Assembly (NCBI GenBank): GCA_964387705.1
Contig: CAYLWT010000004.1
Span: forward strand, 4,242 to 68,241
From: an uncultured Christensenella sp.
Lineage (GTDB): Bacteria > Bacillota > Clostridia > Christensenellales > UBA1242
Direction of reading: 5' to 3'
Length of the DNA stretch: 64,000 nucleotides
Shown here: positions 40,080 through 49,478 of the stretch, piece by piece
How positions within the stretch are numbered: the stretch's first letter is position 1
Layout of the letters: each line of letters starts with the position of its first letter
Translations under genes and position numbers: made by a program
The notes under the pieces: model-generated
The model's input: the letters and a program-made list of their open reading frames with translations, nothing else
Database searches by the model: none
Told to the model about the DNA's origin: nothing

Positions 40080-40252
40080 ACAAAACCCCGTATAAATTTT
40101 TGATAATCAAACACAAACTTTTCCTCAATAATTCTTCCTTCAAAATTCACCGCTTTTTTGCACCAATAATACTTATCAAGACTTTCCCTCACATAAATTG
40201 TATGAGTGCAAATGCAATAATTGTTAACAACAAAAGACGTGTTATCCTTCAT
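40076..40252 (-). CDS. 58-aa ORF translationally coupled to ndoA; candidate antitoxin (not in ORF track)
   Basis: RBS AAGGGG; [58 protein letters not shown]; its TGA overlaps the ndoA ATG (ATGA). Confidence 0.6.
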   Translation of the reverse strand: MKDNTSFVVNNYCICTHTIYVRESLDKYYWCKKAVNFEGRIIEEKFVFDYQKFIRGFV

Positions 40253-40406
40253 CAAATAATTCCCCTTTTTTGCGAATTTAAAACAACATTTCGAATATAG
40301 TTTGCGAAATGTATGAATTATTATCCTAAAACGAAGGTTCTTAACTCATTTTATTTGTCGTTCTTACAATTTGTGGTACAATGGGTTTAAAGAGTAGGAG
40401 AAAAAT

Positions 40407-40967
40407 ATGTTTTATCATAAATATAACTCACCGCTTGGAATAATTGTAATGCAAAGTGATGGTGAGGTATTAATAGGCTTGTGGTTTGAAAATGGTGTTG
40501 ATAGTGCTAAACTCAATCTAGGAGAAGAAAAGGAACTATTAATTTTTAAAAAAACAGTTAAGTGGCTTGACATATACTTTGGTGGAACGAATCCAAATTT
40601 TATTCCCAAATATAAAATTTTAAATATGACTCCATTTAGAGAGCTAGTTATAAAAATTATAGAAAAAATTCCATATGGAAAAACTATTTCGTATAATGAC
40701 ATCGCGCTTAAAATAGCAAAACAACTTGGAATAAAAAAAATGTCCCCTCAAGCAGTTGGGAATGCTGTGGGGTGGAATCCTATATGTATTATTGTTCCCT
40801 GCCATAGAGTTGTGGGGGCAAATGGGAACCTTACTGGGTATCGGGGTGGACTTAAGAATAAAGTTGAGTTGTTAAGATTAGAGCATAATGATATGAATAA
40901 ATTTAGCATGCCAAAAAATAAAAACAAAATTTCGAATATTGTTCTTAAAAAGACAATTTATAAATAA
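40407..40967 (+). CDS. ogt: Methylated-DNA--protein-cysteine methyltransferase
   Basis: IPYGKTISY, AVGNAVGWNP and IVPCHRV active-site motif; promoter TTGTCG-16-TACAAT. Confidence 0.93.
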   Translation: MFYHKYNSPLGIIVMQSDGEVLIGLWFENGVDSAKLNLGEEKELLIFKKTVKWLDIYFGGTNPNFIPKYKILNMTPFRELVIKIIEKIPYGKTISYNDIALKIAKQLGIKKMSPQAVGNAVGWNPICIIVPCHRVVGANGNLTGYRGGLKNKVELLRLEHNDMNKFSMPKNKNKISNIVLKKTIYK

Positions 40968-40983
40968 TAGTAAAAATAATTAC

Positions 40984-41394
40984 TTAATATAAAATACAAG
41001 TTGAAACTGCAATTTCATCTGAATGAGCAATTGATATATCAAGGTCGTTTGTTCCCAAAATTGGTTCAAGTTTTCCATTTATATCGTTAACATATGGAGC
41101 TCCGTATTCATCATGCAAAATCTCAATATCTTGCAAACAGACCTCTTTTCCAAGGCCAGTTTTAATCGCTTTTGCAACCGCTTCTTTTGCACAAAAAGTG
41201 CCTGCCATATGCACAGCCTTATCGGCGAATTTTTGAAAATAAGCAAGCTCCTTTTCGGTATATATTTTCTCTGGGTGCTTAAATCCTCTAAACCTCACAA
41301 CCATTTCAATATCAGTCCCAACCCTAACTTTGCTATGGTCTTTTACGTGTTCTATCGGGCCTTCAATTTCTTCCAGTTTCTTTAATTTTTTCAT
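40984..41394 (-). CDS. acpS: Holo-ACP synthase
   Basis: VGTDIE, AGTFCAKEAVAKA, GAPYV and SIAHSD motifs. Start moved to ATG 41394 (RBS GGAGG). Confidence 0.9.
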   Translation of the reverse strand: MKKLKKLEEIEGPIEHVKDHSKVRVGTDIEMVVRFRGFKHPEKIYTEKELAYFQKFADKAVHMAGTFCAKEAVAKAIKTGLGKEVCLQDIEILHDEYGAPYVNDINGKLEPILGTNDLDISIAHSDEIAVSTCILY

Positions 41395-41443
41395 TTTTTC
41401 CCTCCAATCATATATATCGGCTACGCACACCCTTTAAAAAAAA

Positions 41444-42073
41444 TCATTCGTCTTCTTCATCAACATCTTGAAAATTATATTTTCTACTTATCGCATTAGA
41501 AACAATCTCTGGCGAATATCCGTGCGACATAAGAAACCTAAATGCTTTCTGTTTTGTTTTCAAATCTAGGGTTTTATTTCTCAAATATTTTTCAAGCACA
41601 CCCCCCACTGTTTTTTCATCTTCACAAAAGTTTTCAATACTATTATCTATAATTTGTTCTTCAATACCCTTGTGTTTTAATTCATATTCAAGTTTTTTTT
41701 GCCCACAATTTTTTCCTTTCGCTTTTACATAGTTTTTTGCAAACAATTCATCATCTACAAAATGATACTCTTCTAGTTTTTCTAAAACGTAATCTATGGT
41801 TTCCGCTTCAAATCCTTTCTTTAGTAAATAGTCATTTATTTGTTTTTTTGTCTTTTGACACTTGGCAATATATCCTGTAGCCTTTCCCAAGGCAACCTGT
41901 TTCTCAGTTTCAAACCTTAGATATTTAAGTTGTTGCTCAGATGTTTGTTGTCCCTCTTTTAAATGATTTTTCATTACTGTTTCTAGAGACAACCCACAAA
42001 AAAACTCATCGTCAATATATAAATTTACCCGATTTTTATTGCGTTTTTGCACTTCAATTTTTGTTATTTGCAA
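41444..42073 (-). CDS. recX: Regulatory protein RecX
   Basis: QITKIEVQKRNKNRVNLYID, DDELFAKNYV, LKHKGI and RFLMSHGY motifs. Confidence 0.9.
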   Translation of the reverse strand: MQITKIEVQKRNKNRVNLYIDDEFFCGLSLETVMKNHLKEGQQTSEQQLKYLRFETEKQVALGKATGYIAKCQKTKKQINDYLLKKGFEAETIDYVLEKLEEYHFVDDELFAKNYVKAKGKNCGQKKLEYELKHKGIEEQIIDNSIENFCEDEKTVGGVLEKYLRNKTLDLKTKQKAFRFLMSHGYSPEIVSNAISRKYNFQDVDEEDE

Positions 42074-42137
42074 TCTTCACCTCGAAAATAATATGAATTG
42101 TTTCTTTCCAATTTTTAATAAATTATATTTGCCATAT

Positions 42138-42725
42138 CTAGCATGAATACTGAACTTTGTCAGTTATCTCCAGCGGGATTAATTCTTTCAACCAAATGTA
42201 ATCTGGAGTTGAAAGGAACACCTCAAATTTCACTTTATTATTATAAATTATATTTCCAAATGTAATTTTGCGTTTGTCACATTCTGACTTTATCTTAGCA
42301 AAAAGTTGATAATCACAAGCACCAAGACAAAGAGATTTGAGTTCCACCTGAGTCAAATTTTCTATCAACGTTTGACGAGCTGATTCCTTATACGCTCTGC
42401 CAAGGTTTGCAGTGCCAAGTTTAATTCCGCCAAAATACCTCACAACAACACATAATACATTTATAACTTCGTTCTCCTTAAGTAATTGTAAGATTTGTGA
42501 ACCTGCAGTCCCTCCGGGTTCTCCATCCTCGCACGATCGCTCTATAAGTTCATTGTCAAATATTCTATATGCGTAACAAATGTGTCGGCTTGAAGGATGT
42601 TCACTTTTTATTTTTTTTAAAATGTTCAACACTTCTTCTTTTGATTGAGCAAAAAAACTATATGACAAAAACTTAGACCTCTCCTCAACATACTTCCCTT
42701 GTCTTTGGCCTAAAATTGTGTTCAT
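42138..42725 (-). CDS. yigZ: YigZ/IMPACT family protein
   Basis: EERSKF, HICYAY, EDGEPGGTAG and VVRYFGGIKLG motifs. Confidence 0.92.
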   Translation of the reverse strand: MNTILGQRQGKYVEERSKFLSYSFFAQSKEEVLNILKKIKSEHPSSRHICYAYRIFDNELIERSCEDGEPGGTAGSQILQLLKENEVINVLCVVVRYFGGIKLGTANLGRAYKESARQTLIENLTQVELKSLCLGACDYQLFAKIKSECDKRKITFGNIIYNNKVKFEVFLSTPDYIWLKELIPLEITDKVQYSC

Positions 42726-43393
42726 TTTGAAACCTCTTTAATTTTTTGCTTATCACGAATTTTCCTAAAAACAAACCACAAAAGGGCCAAAATTTGAACA
42801 GGAATTGCAAGAATAAAAGCCAACCAACCAAATTCAATTGGCACGCAAATGTAAAAGGCCAATGCTGTTGACCATGTGAGAAGTGAAACAAAAATACAAT
42901 TTAGCATATTTGTGCACCAAATGCTTGAAAAAACTAAACAAATGACAAATGAAATTGGAATCGCTACGATATAAATTTTCCAACATTCATCTTTTATCCC
43001 TGGAATAAAATTGAAACAAATGCAAAAGAATCCAACAGCGACAAGCCACACCAGTCCAGTGGAAAGCAATGTTATCATCAGCTGTTTGGTTGAAAAAAGT
43101 TTTGACTTGCGTTTTTCATCCTTAACTGCAGGAATATCCCCTTCAGAATGGGGGCATAAAAAATCATTGACTGTCACACCATAAAGATTTGCAATTTGAC
43201 TTAAAACAATTATATCTGGTATAGCCTCACCTCGTTCCCACTTGGAAATATTTTTGTCAGAATATAAAAGTTTCTCCGCGAGTTCAAGTTGCGTAAGTTT
43301 GCTTGCCTTTCTAAAATAAACAAGGTTTTTGGCGATTAAGGTTCTAATTTCGTCATTTTCATAAGCTTGATTTTGAGTAATACTTTCTTCCAT
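42722..43393 (-). CDS. XRE-family HTH regulator with four C-terminal TM helices
   Basis: IAKNLVYFRKASKLTQLELAEKLLYSDKNISKWERGEAIPD HTH; hydrophobic C-terminal half. Confidence 0.88.
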   Translation of the reverse strand: MEESITQNQAYENDEIRTLIAKNLVYFRKASKLTQLELAEKLLYSDKNISKWERGEAIPDIIVLSQIANLYGVTVNDFLCPHSEGDIPAVKDEKRKSKLFSTKQLMITLLSTGLVWLVAVGFFCICFNFIPGIKDECWKIYIVAIPISFVICLVFSSIWCTNMLNCIFVSLLTWSTALAFYICVPIEFGWLAFILAIPVQILALLWFVFRKIRDKQKIKEVSK

Positions 43394-43444
43394 ACATTCA
43401 TTTTAATATATTAAAAGAAAATATGCAACTTGTTTTCACATAAA

Positions 43445-43463
43445 TTCTACAATTTGTAGAGTT
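43445..43463. promoter_or_regulatory. Palindromic operator upstream of the XRE-TM gene
   Basis: ttctac-aattt-gtagagtt lies 17-35 nt upstream of the -35 (TTGCAT 43428-43423; -10 TAAAAT 43405-43400). It matches the 30053-30073 site. Confidence 0.65.
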
Positions 43464-43495
43464 GTAAAATTCTGCGAATTTGTTGCATATATCTT

Positions 43496-44584
43496 TTACT
43501 TAAAAACTTGGTCAATCACACCGCCACCAAGACAATTCTCCTGCTCATCATAAAGTACGACATACTGTCCTGGAGTCACCGCTCGTTGAGGCTCTTTAAA
43601 AACAATTTTAACAATGTCATCACCAACATAAACATCTACTTCTTGGTCAGGTTGCCTATAGCGGAATTTCGCGAAACAATGAAAGTTTCGTTTTTCTGGA
43701 ACACATGGAATCCAATTAAATTCTTTTGCCAAAAGGTAGTTACTGAACAATTTATCATCTTCCCCTTGATGAACAATTAGGCGATTGTTTTTTACGTCTT
43801 TGTCCAAAACGAACCACCTTTCACCATTCCCGCCTGACTTTCCGCCGATATTAAGACCTTTTCGCTGTCCCAATGTGTAGTAAAGCACCCCATCATGATG
43901 ACCAACTATGTTGCCGTTTGTGTCCACAATGTCACCCGAAGTTGCAGGAATGTAATGTTTCAAAAAGTTTTTGAAATTTCTTTCACCTATAAAACAAACC
44001 CCTGTGCTGTCTTTTTTCTTCGCATTTACAAGTTTAAATTTCTCAGCAAGTTCTCTCACTTTTGTTTTTGGAATGTCAGCCAAAGGGAAAATGACTTGAG
44101 AAAGTTGGGCTTGAGAAAGTTGGTTAAGAAAATAACTCTGGTCTTTTGATTTGTCAAAAGCCTTCTTTAGTTGATAATAATTGCCAACTTTTTCCACTTT
44201 GCAATAATGTCCCGTTGCAATTTTATCTGCTCCAAGCATTTTGGCATATTCCAGAAATGGTCCAAATTTAATTTCCCTGTTGCAGAGAACGTCTGGATTT
44301 GGAGTTCTGCCTTTTTCATATTCACTAAGAAAATGTACAAAAACTCTATCCCAATATTCTTTTGAAAAATTCACTGAATAATATGGAATTCCTATTGTTT
44401 CGCAAACTCGCCTGACGTCTTCATAATCTTCAGTTGCGGTGCAAACGCCAGAATCGTCTTTTTCCTCCCAATTATCCATAAAAAGTCCAATAACATTGTA
44501 TCCTTGTTGTTTCAGAAGCAAGGCAGAAACGGCACTGTCAACGCCTCCACTCATTCCAACAACAACTGTTGTTTTTTCTTCCAT
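43496..44584 (-). CDS. mnmA: tRNA-specific 2-thiouridylase MnmA
   Basis: [42 protein letters not shown] and PQRAVTPGQ motifs. Confidence 0.97.
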   Translation of the reverse strand: MEEKTTVVVGMSGGVDSAVSALLLKQQGYNVIGLFMDNWEEKDDSGVCTATEDYEDVRRVCETIGIPYYSVNFSKEYWDRVFVHFLSEYEKGRTPNPDVLCNREIKFGPFLEYAKMLGADKIATGHYCKVEKVGNYYQLKKAFDKSKDQSYFLNQLSQAQLSQVIFPLADIPKTKVRELAEKFKLVNAKKKDSTGVCFIGERNFKNFLKHYIPATSGDIVDTNGNIVGHHDGVLYYTLGQRKGLNIGGKSGGNGERWFVLDKDVKNNRLIVHQGEDDKLFSNYLLAKEFNWIPCVPEKRNFHCFAKFRYRQPDQEVDVYVGDDIVKIVFKEPQRAVTPGQYVVLYDEQENCLGGGVIDQVFK

Positions 44585-44737
44585 TTTTTCTCCAATTTTG
44601 TTTGCTCAATTCCCCTCAAAAATTAATTTTTAGCAACTTAAACAATATTTTGTATCTAAAGTTGTATAACCACAATTTTTTATAAAAATAATTTATTTTT
44701 GTTGCAAAAAAACATTTCTAAATAGAATTTTTTTAAT

Positions 44738-45307
44738 TTACTGTTTTTTGTGTAATTTTTTCATTTTTCTATCTGATTTCGCTTGTTTAATCAATTCTTC
44801 GGCCACTTTTTCATCTTGAACGACATATTCTTCATCAATAGAAACAGGCATTTTGAATGTGTTGAACAGGATTTGAAAAACAGATACAACCCACATAATA
44901 AAGCCGATTGAACCTGGAAATACAAATGCTCCGACCAAAAGTCCTAAATATCTATTTGCAAAAACAACATCGGCAAATGTGGGAGTTAGGCTTATTGCAG
45001 TGAAAACAACGAGCATAAAAAACGAAGCCAACATAAACATAAACATTTTATTCCGACCAACTTTGTGATATTGCAAACCAAACCACCCACCAAAAATTGC
45101 GCACAAAAGAAGTTTCCACTTGTTCACATCGGAACATTTTGTTGTGTAAACCACTTTGTTTTCTTCGTGGTTTTTAAGGGCAACCTTCCCTGCTCTGTTT
45201 GTGGCACGAGTTAAACGTTCAAAAATTAGTCCACACATATCACATTTTGTGTCAACTGAAAGCAATTTCCTATCACATCTTGGACATCGTTTATATTTTC
45301 TTTCCAT
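44738..45307 (-). CDS. Zinc-ribbon plus TM2-like membrane protein
   Basis: CPRC...CDMC N-terminus; LLLCAIFGGWFGLQYHKVG TM2-like motif; 3 TM helices. Confidence 0.65.
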   Translation of the reverse strand: MERKYKRCPRCDRKLLSVDTKCDMCGLIFERLTRATNRAGKVALKNHEENKVVYTTKCSDVNKWKLLLCAIFGGWFGLQYHKVGRNKMFMFMLASFFMLVVFTAISLTPTFADVVFANRYLGLLVGAFVFPGSIGFIMWVVSVFQILFNTFKMPVSIDEEYVVQDEKVAEELIKQAKSDRKMKKLHKKQ

Positions 45308-45354
45308 ATAAATATTTTACCAAAATCTGTCTGTCCCGTCAAATATCCTTACAA

Positions 45355-45384
45355 CAAAAAATGCGGGTTCCCCCACACTTTTTG
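45355..45384 (-). terminator. Intrinsic terminator of the 1255-aa/81-aa bicistron
   Basis: Minus-strand RNA AAAAAGUGUGGG-GGAA-CCCGCAUUUUUU with a GNRA loop and U tract. Confidence 0.75.
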
Positions 45385-45401
45385 TAAAAAAACACATTCA
45401 A

Positions 45402-45647
45402 TTAATCTTCATCATCATATGATGACAAAATGTCTATAATTTCGTTCATTTCTTCAAAAGAAAGTGTATCCAATTTTTTGTAAGCTTCGTGATAAGCTTC
45501 TTTCAATTTATCGGAGCAATTTTCGTGTTTGTCAGCAATGTCAACCATAACTTGCCCTGCAGTCATCACCTCTTCTCTTGAGGAATATTTTTTAAGGGTC
45601 AAAATTTCCTCCAAAATTTTAAAGCTGTAATCAATTTCCTTTGCCAT
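45402..45647 (-). CDS. Small acidic helical hypothetical protein (81 aa)
   Basis: RBS AGGAG; starts 32 nt after the stop of the 1255-aa gene. Confidence 0.75.
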   Translation of the reverse strand: MAKEIDYSFKILEEILTLKKYSSREEVMTAGQVMVDIADKHENCSDKLKEAYHEAYKKLDTLSFEEMNEIIDILSSYDDED

Positions 45648-45679
45648 AATCTTTTTCTCCTATTTTTTAATTATAGATT

Positions 45680-48600
45680 TTATTTACCCTGTGACAATCC
45701 TTCATCATTATTCGATGAAGTTTCATCCGTTGAAGCTTCCTCATCGTCATCGCTAACATCAACATCAACTTCCACTTCATTAGGAATATTCTTATCATCA
45801 AGACGATACCACCTATCGTTACCATCTTTATCTTTAATATTAACTGAACCCACATATGTTGGTTTTTCTACTACCACAGTTTCGTCTTCATCAACTTCTT
45901 GTTTCTTTTTTGAAGATTGTCTTTTGATGGCATCGAGTTGCTTCTTAATCCGTTCTTCGCCAGCCTCTTCGAGTCTTTTTTTGATTTCTTTGCTCTTATT
46001 CCTTGACCCGCGTCTGCCTTCTGATTGAGCTTCATCTTGTTTTTTCTCTTCATTTCCTACTTTCGTCTTGTTTAGATTTCCGGTTGAAGTTGGGGTTTTA
46101 TTTTCCCCTTTTTTATCAGTGTTTTCTGCTTCTTCTGATTTCCCATTTCCTTTAGCATTTGAAGTTGTGTCTGATTTATCTTTTTCTTTTTTGTTAGCAT
46201 TTCTACATTCACCCGTTTTCTCCGTTTCTGTAGCATTTGGATTTCCAGTTGAAGTTTGGGTTGCTGTCTCAGCATTTTTCTTGCCTTCAGCGGTTGCATC
46301 TTCACCTTGCGAATAATCACAACTTGCTATTCTGTTTGTATATTCTGGGGTACCAACAGGATTTTCTCTTTGTTCTAATGCCTCTTTGACTTGTTCTTCT
46401 GACACTTCAGGGACTTCATTTACAACTTCTGGAATTTGGACTGCTTCTGCATCGACTTCAAGTTCTTTCACATCAGATTTCTCGGCATTGTTCAATTTTT
46501 TAGAATCTTCTTTTTTGTCTTTTCTAACAGTCTTTTTCCTCTGATTCCTTTGTTGCTCTTCTTCCCTTGCTTCCTTGTTTTGTAGGAATATTTTAATTAC
46601 AAGAACCTTTTCATCTCCACTCACAAGATTCTCATTACTTCCACTCAAAAGTTTGACAATTTCCTTAACATTATCGCTGGACAGACTAATTCCATTTATA
46701 GGATTTTCCCCATTTTTGTTAGCATTTTTCTTTCTACTTGCATTTTTCTTCTCATCAGCATTTGAAGTTGTGCCTGGTTTATCTTTTCCTTTTTTGTCAG
46801 GATTCTTCGCTTCTCCTGATTTCCTACGGCTACCTGTGTTACCCTTGCCTTCAGCATTTGGCTTTCCGGTTGGAACTGGGGTTTTTGTCTCCGCATTTTT
46901 CTTGTCTTCAGCGGTTGCATTTTCACCAACGATTTGTTGTTCTTTACTTTCTGCTTTTGTTTTACTTGGTGTTTCAGTTGAAGTTGAGGTTGATTTGTTT
47001 TCTCCATTTTCGGCTATTTTCTCAATTTCTTCTGCAGTTTTTGCCGTTATGTCTTTTACAACATCTTCCGTTGTTTTTTCATCTGCTACATCAATAATAG
47101 TTTCTTTCTTTTCATTTTCCTTTATCTCTTGTGGAACAAGCAAGCCTTTTTCTAAGTCAAGAACCATTCTATATTTTGGTTCTTCGATTTTAGATTCTTT
47201 TATCTCTTGTGAAACAAGCCCACCATTTCCTGTAGTATCAGCAACAATTTTGAATTTTGAACTTTCAGTCTTTTCAGCCGCATTTTTTGCAGCTCCATTG
47301 ACAATCTTAGCTATTTCTTGATCTTTTTTTACTTGGTTTTTCCCTAAAACGTTGTCAGGTTTTGGTCCTACTTCTAGTTTTTTGTCTATTTTTTTGCTTG
47401 AATCTTCTTTTTTGCTTGAATCTTTTATAGCAGGCTCAATTGATTTCCCGCCTTCAGTTTTTTGTTCGTCCACAACTTTTTCTTCTTCTGTTGTCTTTTC
47501 GTCAGTTGGTTTCCCATCCGCAATAGATTTTTCTTCAACCACCTCTGTCTTTTCGATCTTAGGTAGTAATAATTGGGTACGATTCCTTCTTACTTGACGT
47601 GCAAATGAATCAACAATTGGGTTTTTAGATGGGTTTTTAGAAACATTTTCTGCCTTAAATTGCCCAAGGGTTTGCACAAGCACTCCTGCTAAAATTGCAT
47701 ATGCTTGTTGCATAGACATTGCATCTCCGCAACCATATACTTTCTTGCTAAGATAACGTTCTTGTTTCACTGGGATAACACTCTTATTGAGTTGTTGATC
47801 GCTACTATCAAGTTTCCCATCTATTAGACCTTGATTTTCAAATGACTGATTAGCTTCGTTAGGATTTTCAGATTTTGGGGTATTTTCCTTGATATATTCT
47901 GCAGCCGCACGGTCAACAAAATCTATTGCAAGAGCATTCTTTCCAAAATAGATATCCTTTTCTTCCACTTGTTCAAAACTAATTTTGAATTTCTTTTCCC
48001 AATCTTCTTTTAATTTTTCAAGATCGTCTTTGATATTGAGTTCATATTGAACCTTATCCCCGTGAACTACATTTTGTTTTCTGGAAACAGGCAAATTGTC
48101 AACTGGGATTAAAATTCCGTTATTTTTAACAAATCCAGAACCAACATAGCGTCTTTCAGACTCTGGCGAGTTGAAATCTCGTTCGTACACTTGCATTAAC
48201 ATCATGTCTTTATCAGTGTTTGGTGAATAAGCAAGAGTAATTTTTTCTGAATAAGGGAATTTTTTTATAATTTCATCACTCATCGCAACTTCAGCAAGAG
48301 TTGAAAGTCCTTCCACTTTATCCATAACATATCCACCACGACTTGCAAATTCATCAGAAATTGCTTTTGCGAGGCCAATGTCGTCCACAAGAATTCCATC
48401 AATTTTTGAAAAACTATAGGCCGCATCGGCAATAATTTCCCCATACTCTCTTGCTTTTGCAATATTATTTTTTGTTTGCCCCGACAATTCAACATCCAAT
48501 GCTGAATCTTGCGAGAAAATTGGTGCGTCCTCTTCAATACTTTCGTGCAAATTTGAAGAAATTTCTTTCAATGCATATGGAGCCAAGAGGTCACTTACAA

Positions 48601-49447
48601 AAACCTTTGTAAGTTCATCATATGCAACAGCATTGCTTGGGATAAAATTATCTTTAAAATCTTTTTTGCTCACATATGTTGTAAATCTTTCGCGAAGTGA
48701 AGGTCTATTGCCTTTCTTATGTCTGCCCAATTCCATGCCATGCTTTTCGGCACATTTGTAAATATCATTGTCGATTTTGACAAAGTCTTCCTCCGTATAC
48801 CCTTTGTTTGTAAGGTTTACTGCCACATTTTCATCAATATAACTTTCCCTAACATCACTGAAGTTAAACACTCCATTTGCTTGTTGTTTTTGGAAAAGAC
48901 GATCACCAGCTTCTGTTTTTTGAAATGCATTGTTAACATTGCATGCAGAAGATACCAATCTTAAAAATGCCGTTGGATTAATAATTTCTTTTTCATCAAG
49001 TTTCCCTTTCCCAGCAAGTTTTGCTTGTTTGTTAATTTTCCCAAGAAGTGACTTGTATGGGCTTATACTTCCATCTTCAAAGAATGAGCAGATGTCTTCA
49101 AAAGAAGGGTCCCCTTCAAACTCTCCAGCCTTGCCCAAAACTTCCTCTGACAAAATTTTTGTAAAAGAATCAAAATTTTTTGTTTTGATGCCTTTGCACG
49201 AAAACTCCATGTACTTAACAAATTCTTCAAAAGATTGTTTCCCCTGTGCACAATCATTAAAAATTCTTGTACTTTCACTTTTTTGTTGATCTGAAAATTC
49301 CTTTGGCAAAAATCCTGCATTTTCTAGTTCGCTTACAGAAATCCATTCTTTATTGTTTGAGAAATCAATTGAAACTGACTTTGCATATTTTGAAAACACA
49401 TTATAGAGTGCATCATCGAATCTCTTTCTATCATAAACATAATCCAT
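45680..49447 (-). CDS. Large cytoplasmic hypothetical protein (1255 aa): globular N-terminal half, K/E/N-rich low-complexity C-terminal half
   Basis: RBS GAGGGA; no signal peptide or TM seen; internal repeats. Confidence 0.8.
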   Translation of the reverse strand: MDYVYDRKRFDDALYNVFSKYAKSVSIDFSNNKEWISVSELENAGFLPKEFSDQQKSESTRIFNDCAQGKQSFEEFVKYMEFSCKGIKTKNFDSFTKILSEEVLGKAGEFEGDPSFEDICSFFEDGSISPYKSLLGKINKQAKLAGKGKLDEKEIINPTAFLRLVSSACNVNNAFQKTEAGDRLFQKQQANGVFNFSDVRESYIDENVAVNLTNKGYTEEDFVKIDNDIYKCAEKHGMELGRHKKGNRPSLRERFTTYVSKKDFKDNFIPSNAVAYDELTKVFVSDLLAPYALKEISSNLHESIEEDAPIFSQDSALDVELSGQTKNNIAKAREYGEIIADAAYSFSKIDGILVDDIGLAKAISDEFASRGGYVMDKVEGLSTLAEVAMSDEIIKKFPYSEKITLAYSPNTDKDMMLMQVYERDFNSPESERRYVGSGFVKNNGILIPVDNLPVSRKQNVVHGDKVQYELNIKDDLEKLKEDWEKKFKISFEQVEEKDIYFGKNALAIDFVDRAAAEYIKENTPKSENPNEANQSFENQGLIDGKLDSSDQQLNKSVIPVKQERYLSKKVYGCGDAMSMQQAYAILAGVLVQTLGQFKAENVSKNPSKNPIVDSFARQVRRNRTQLLLPKIEKTEVVEEKSIADGKPTDEKTTEEEKVVDEQKTEGGKSIEPAIKDSSKKEDSSKKIDKKLEVGPKPDNVLGKNQVKKDQEIAKIVNGAAKNAAEKTESSKFKIVADTTGNGGLVSQEIKESKIEEPKYRMVLDLEKGLLVPQEIKENEKKETIIDVADEKTTEDVVKDITAKTAEEIEKIAENGENKSTSTSTETPSKTKAESKEQQIVGENATAEDKKNAETKTPVPTGKPNAEGKGNTGSRRKSGEAKNPDKKGKDKPGTTSNADEKKNASRKKNANKNGENPINGISLSSDNVKEIVKLLSGSNENLVSGDEKVLVIKIFLQNKEAREEEQQRNQRKKTVRKDKKEDSKKLNNAEKSDVKELEVDAEAVQIPEVVNEVPEVSEEQVKEALEQRENPVGTPEYTNRIASCDYSQGEDATAEGKKNAETATQTSTGNPNATETEKTGECRNANKKEKDKSDTTSNAKGNGKSEEAENTDKKGENKTPTSTGNLNKTKVGNEEKKQDEAQSEGRRGSRNKSKEIKKRLEEAGEERIKKQLDAIKRQSSKKKQEVDEDETVVVEKPTYVGSVNIKDKDGNDRWYRLDDKNIPNEVEVDVDVSDDDEEASTDETSSNNDEGLSQGK
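46154..46927. repeat. Diverged internal direct repeats within the 1255-aa gene
   Basis: 46231-46306 vs 46852-46927: 64/76 identical. 46154-46193 vs 46757-46796: 37/40 identical. Protein (E/D)xATAExKKNAET...TGxPNA...K(G/E)KDKxxTTSNA occurs twice. Confidence 0.85.
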
Positions 49448-49478
49448 AAATTATCCCTCACTTTATTTTGTTATACAT

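Noticed and set aside
40100-40300. 66-aa plus-strand ORF listed in the track
   Set aside because: It is the mirror frame of the better-supported minus-strand 58-aa ORF, which has an RBS and an ATGA overlap with ndoA.
46575-47321. 248-aa plus-strand ORF and other long antisense or alternate-frame ORFs in the track (e.g. 15273-15653, 38543-38980, 53202-53615)
   Set aside because: These are shadow frames of real genes, caused by K/E-rich or biased codon usage. They have no RBS or recognisable motifs.
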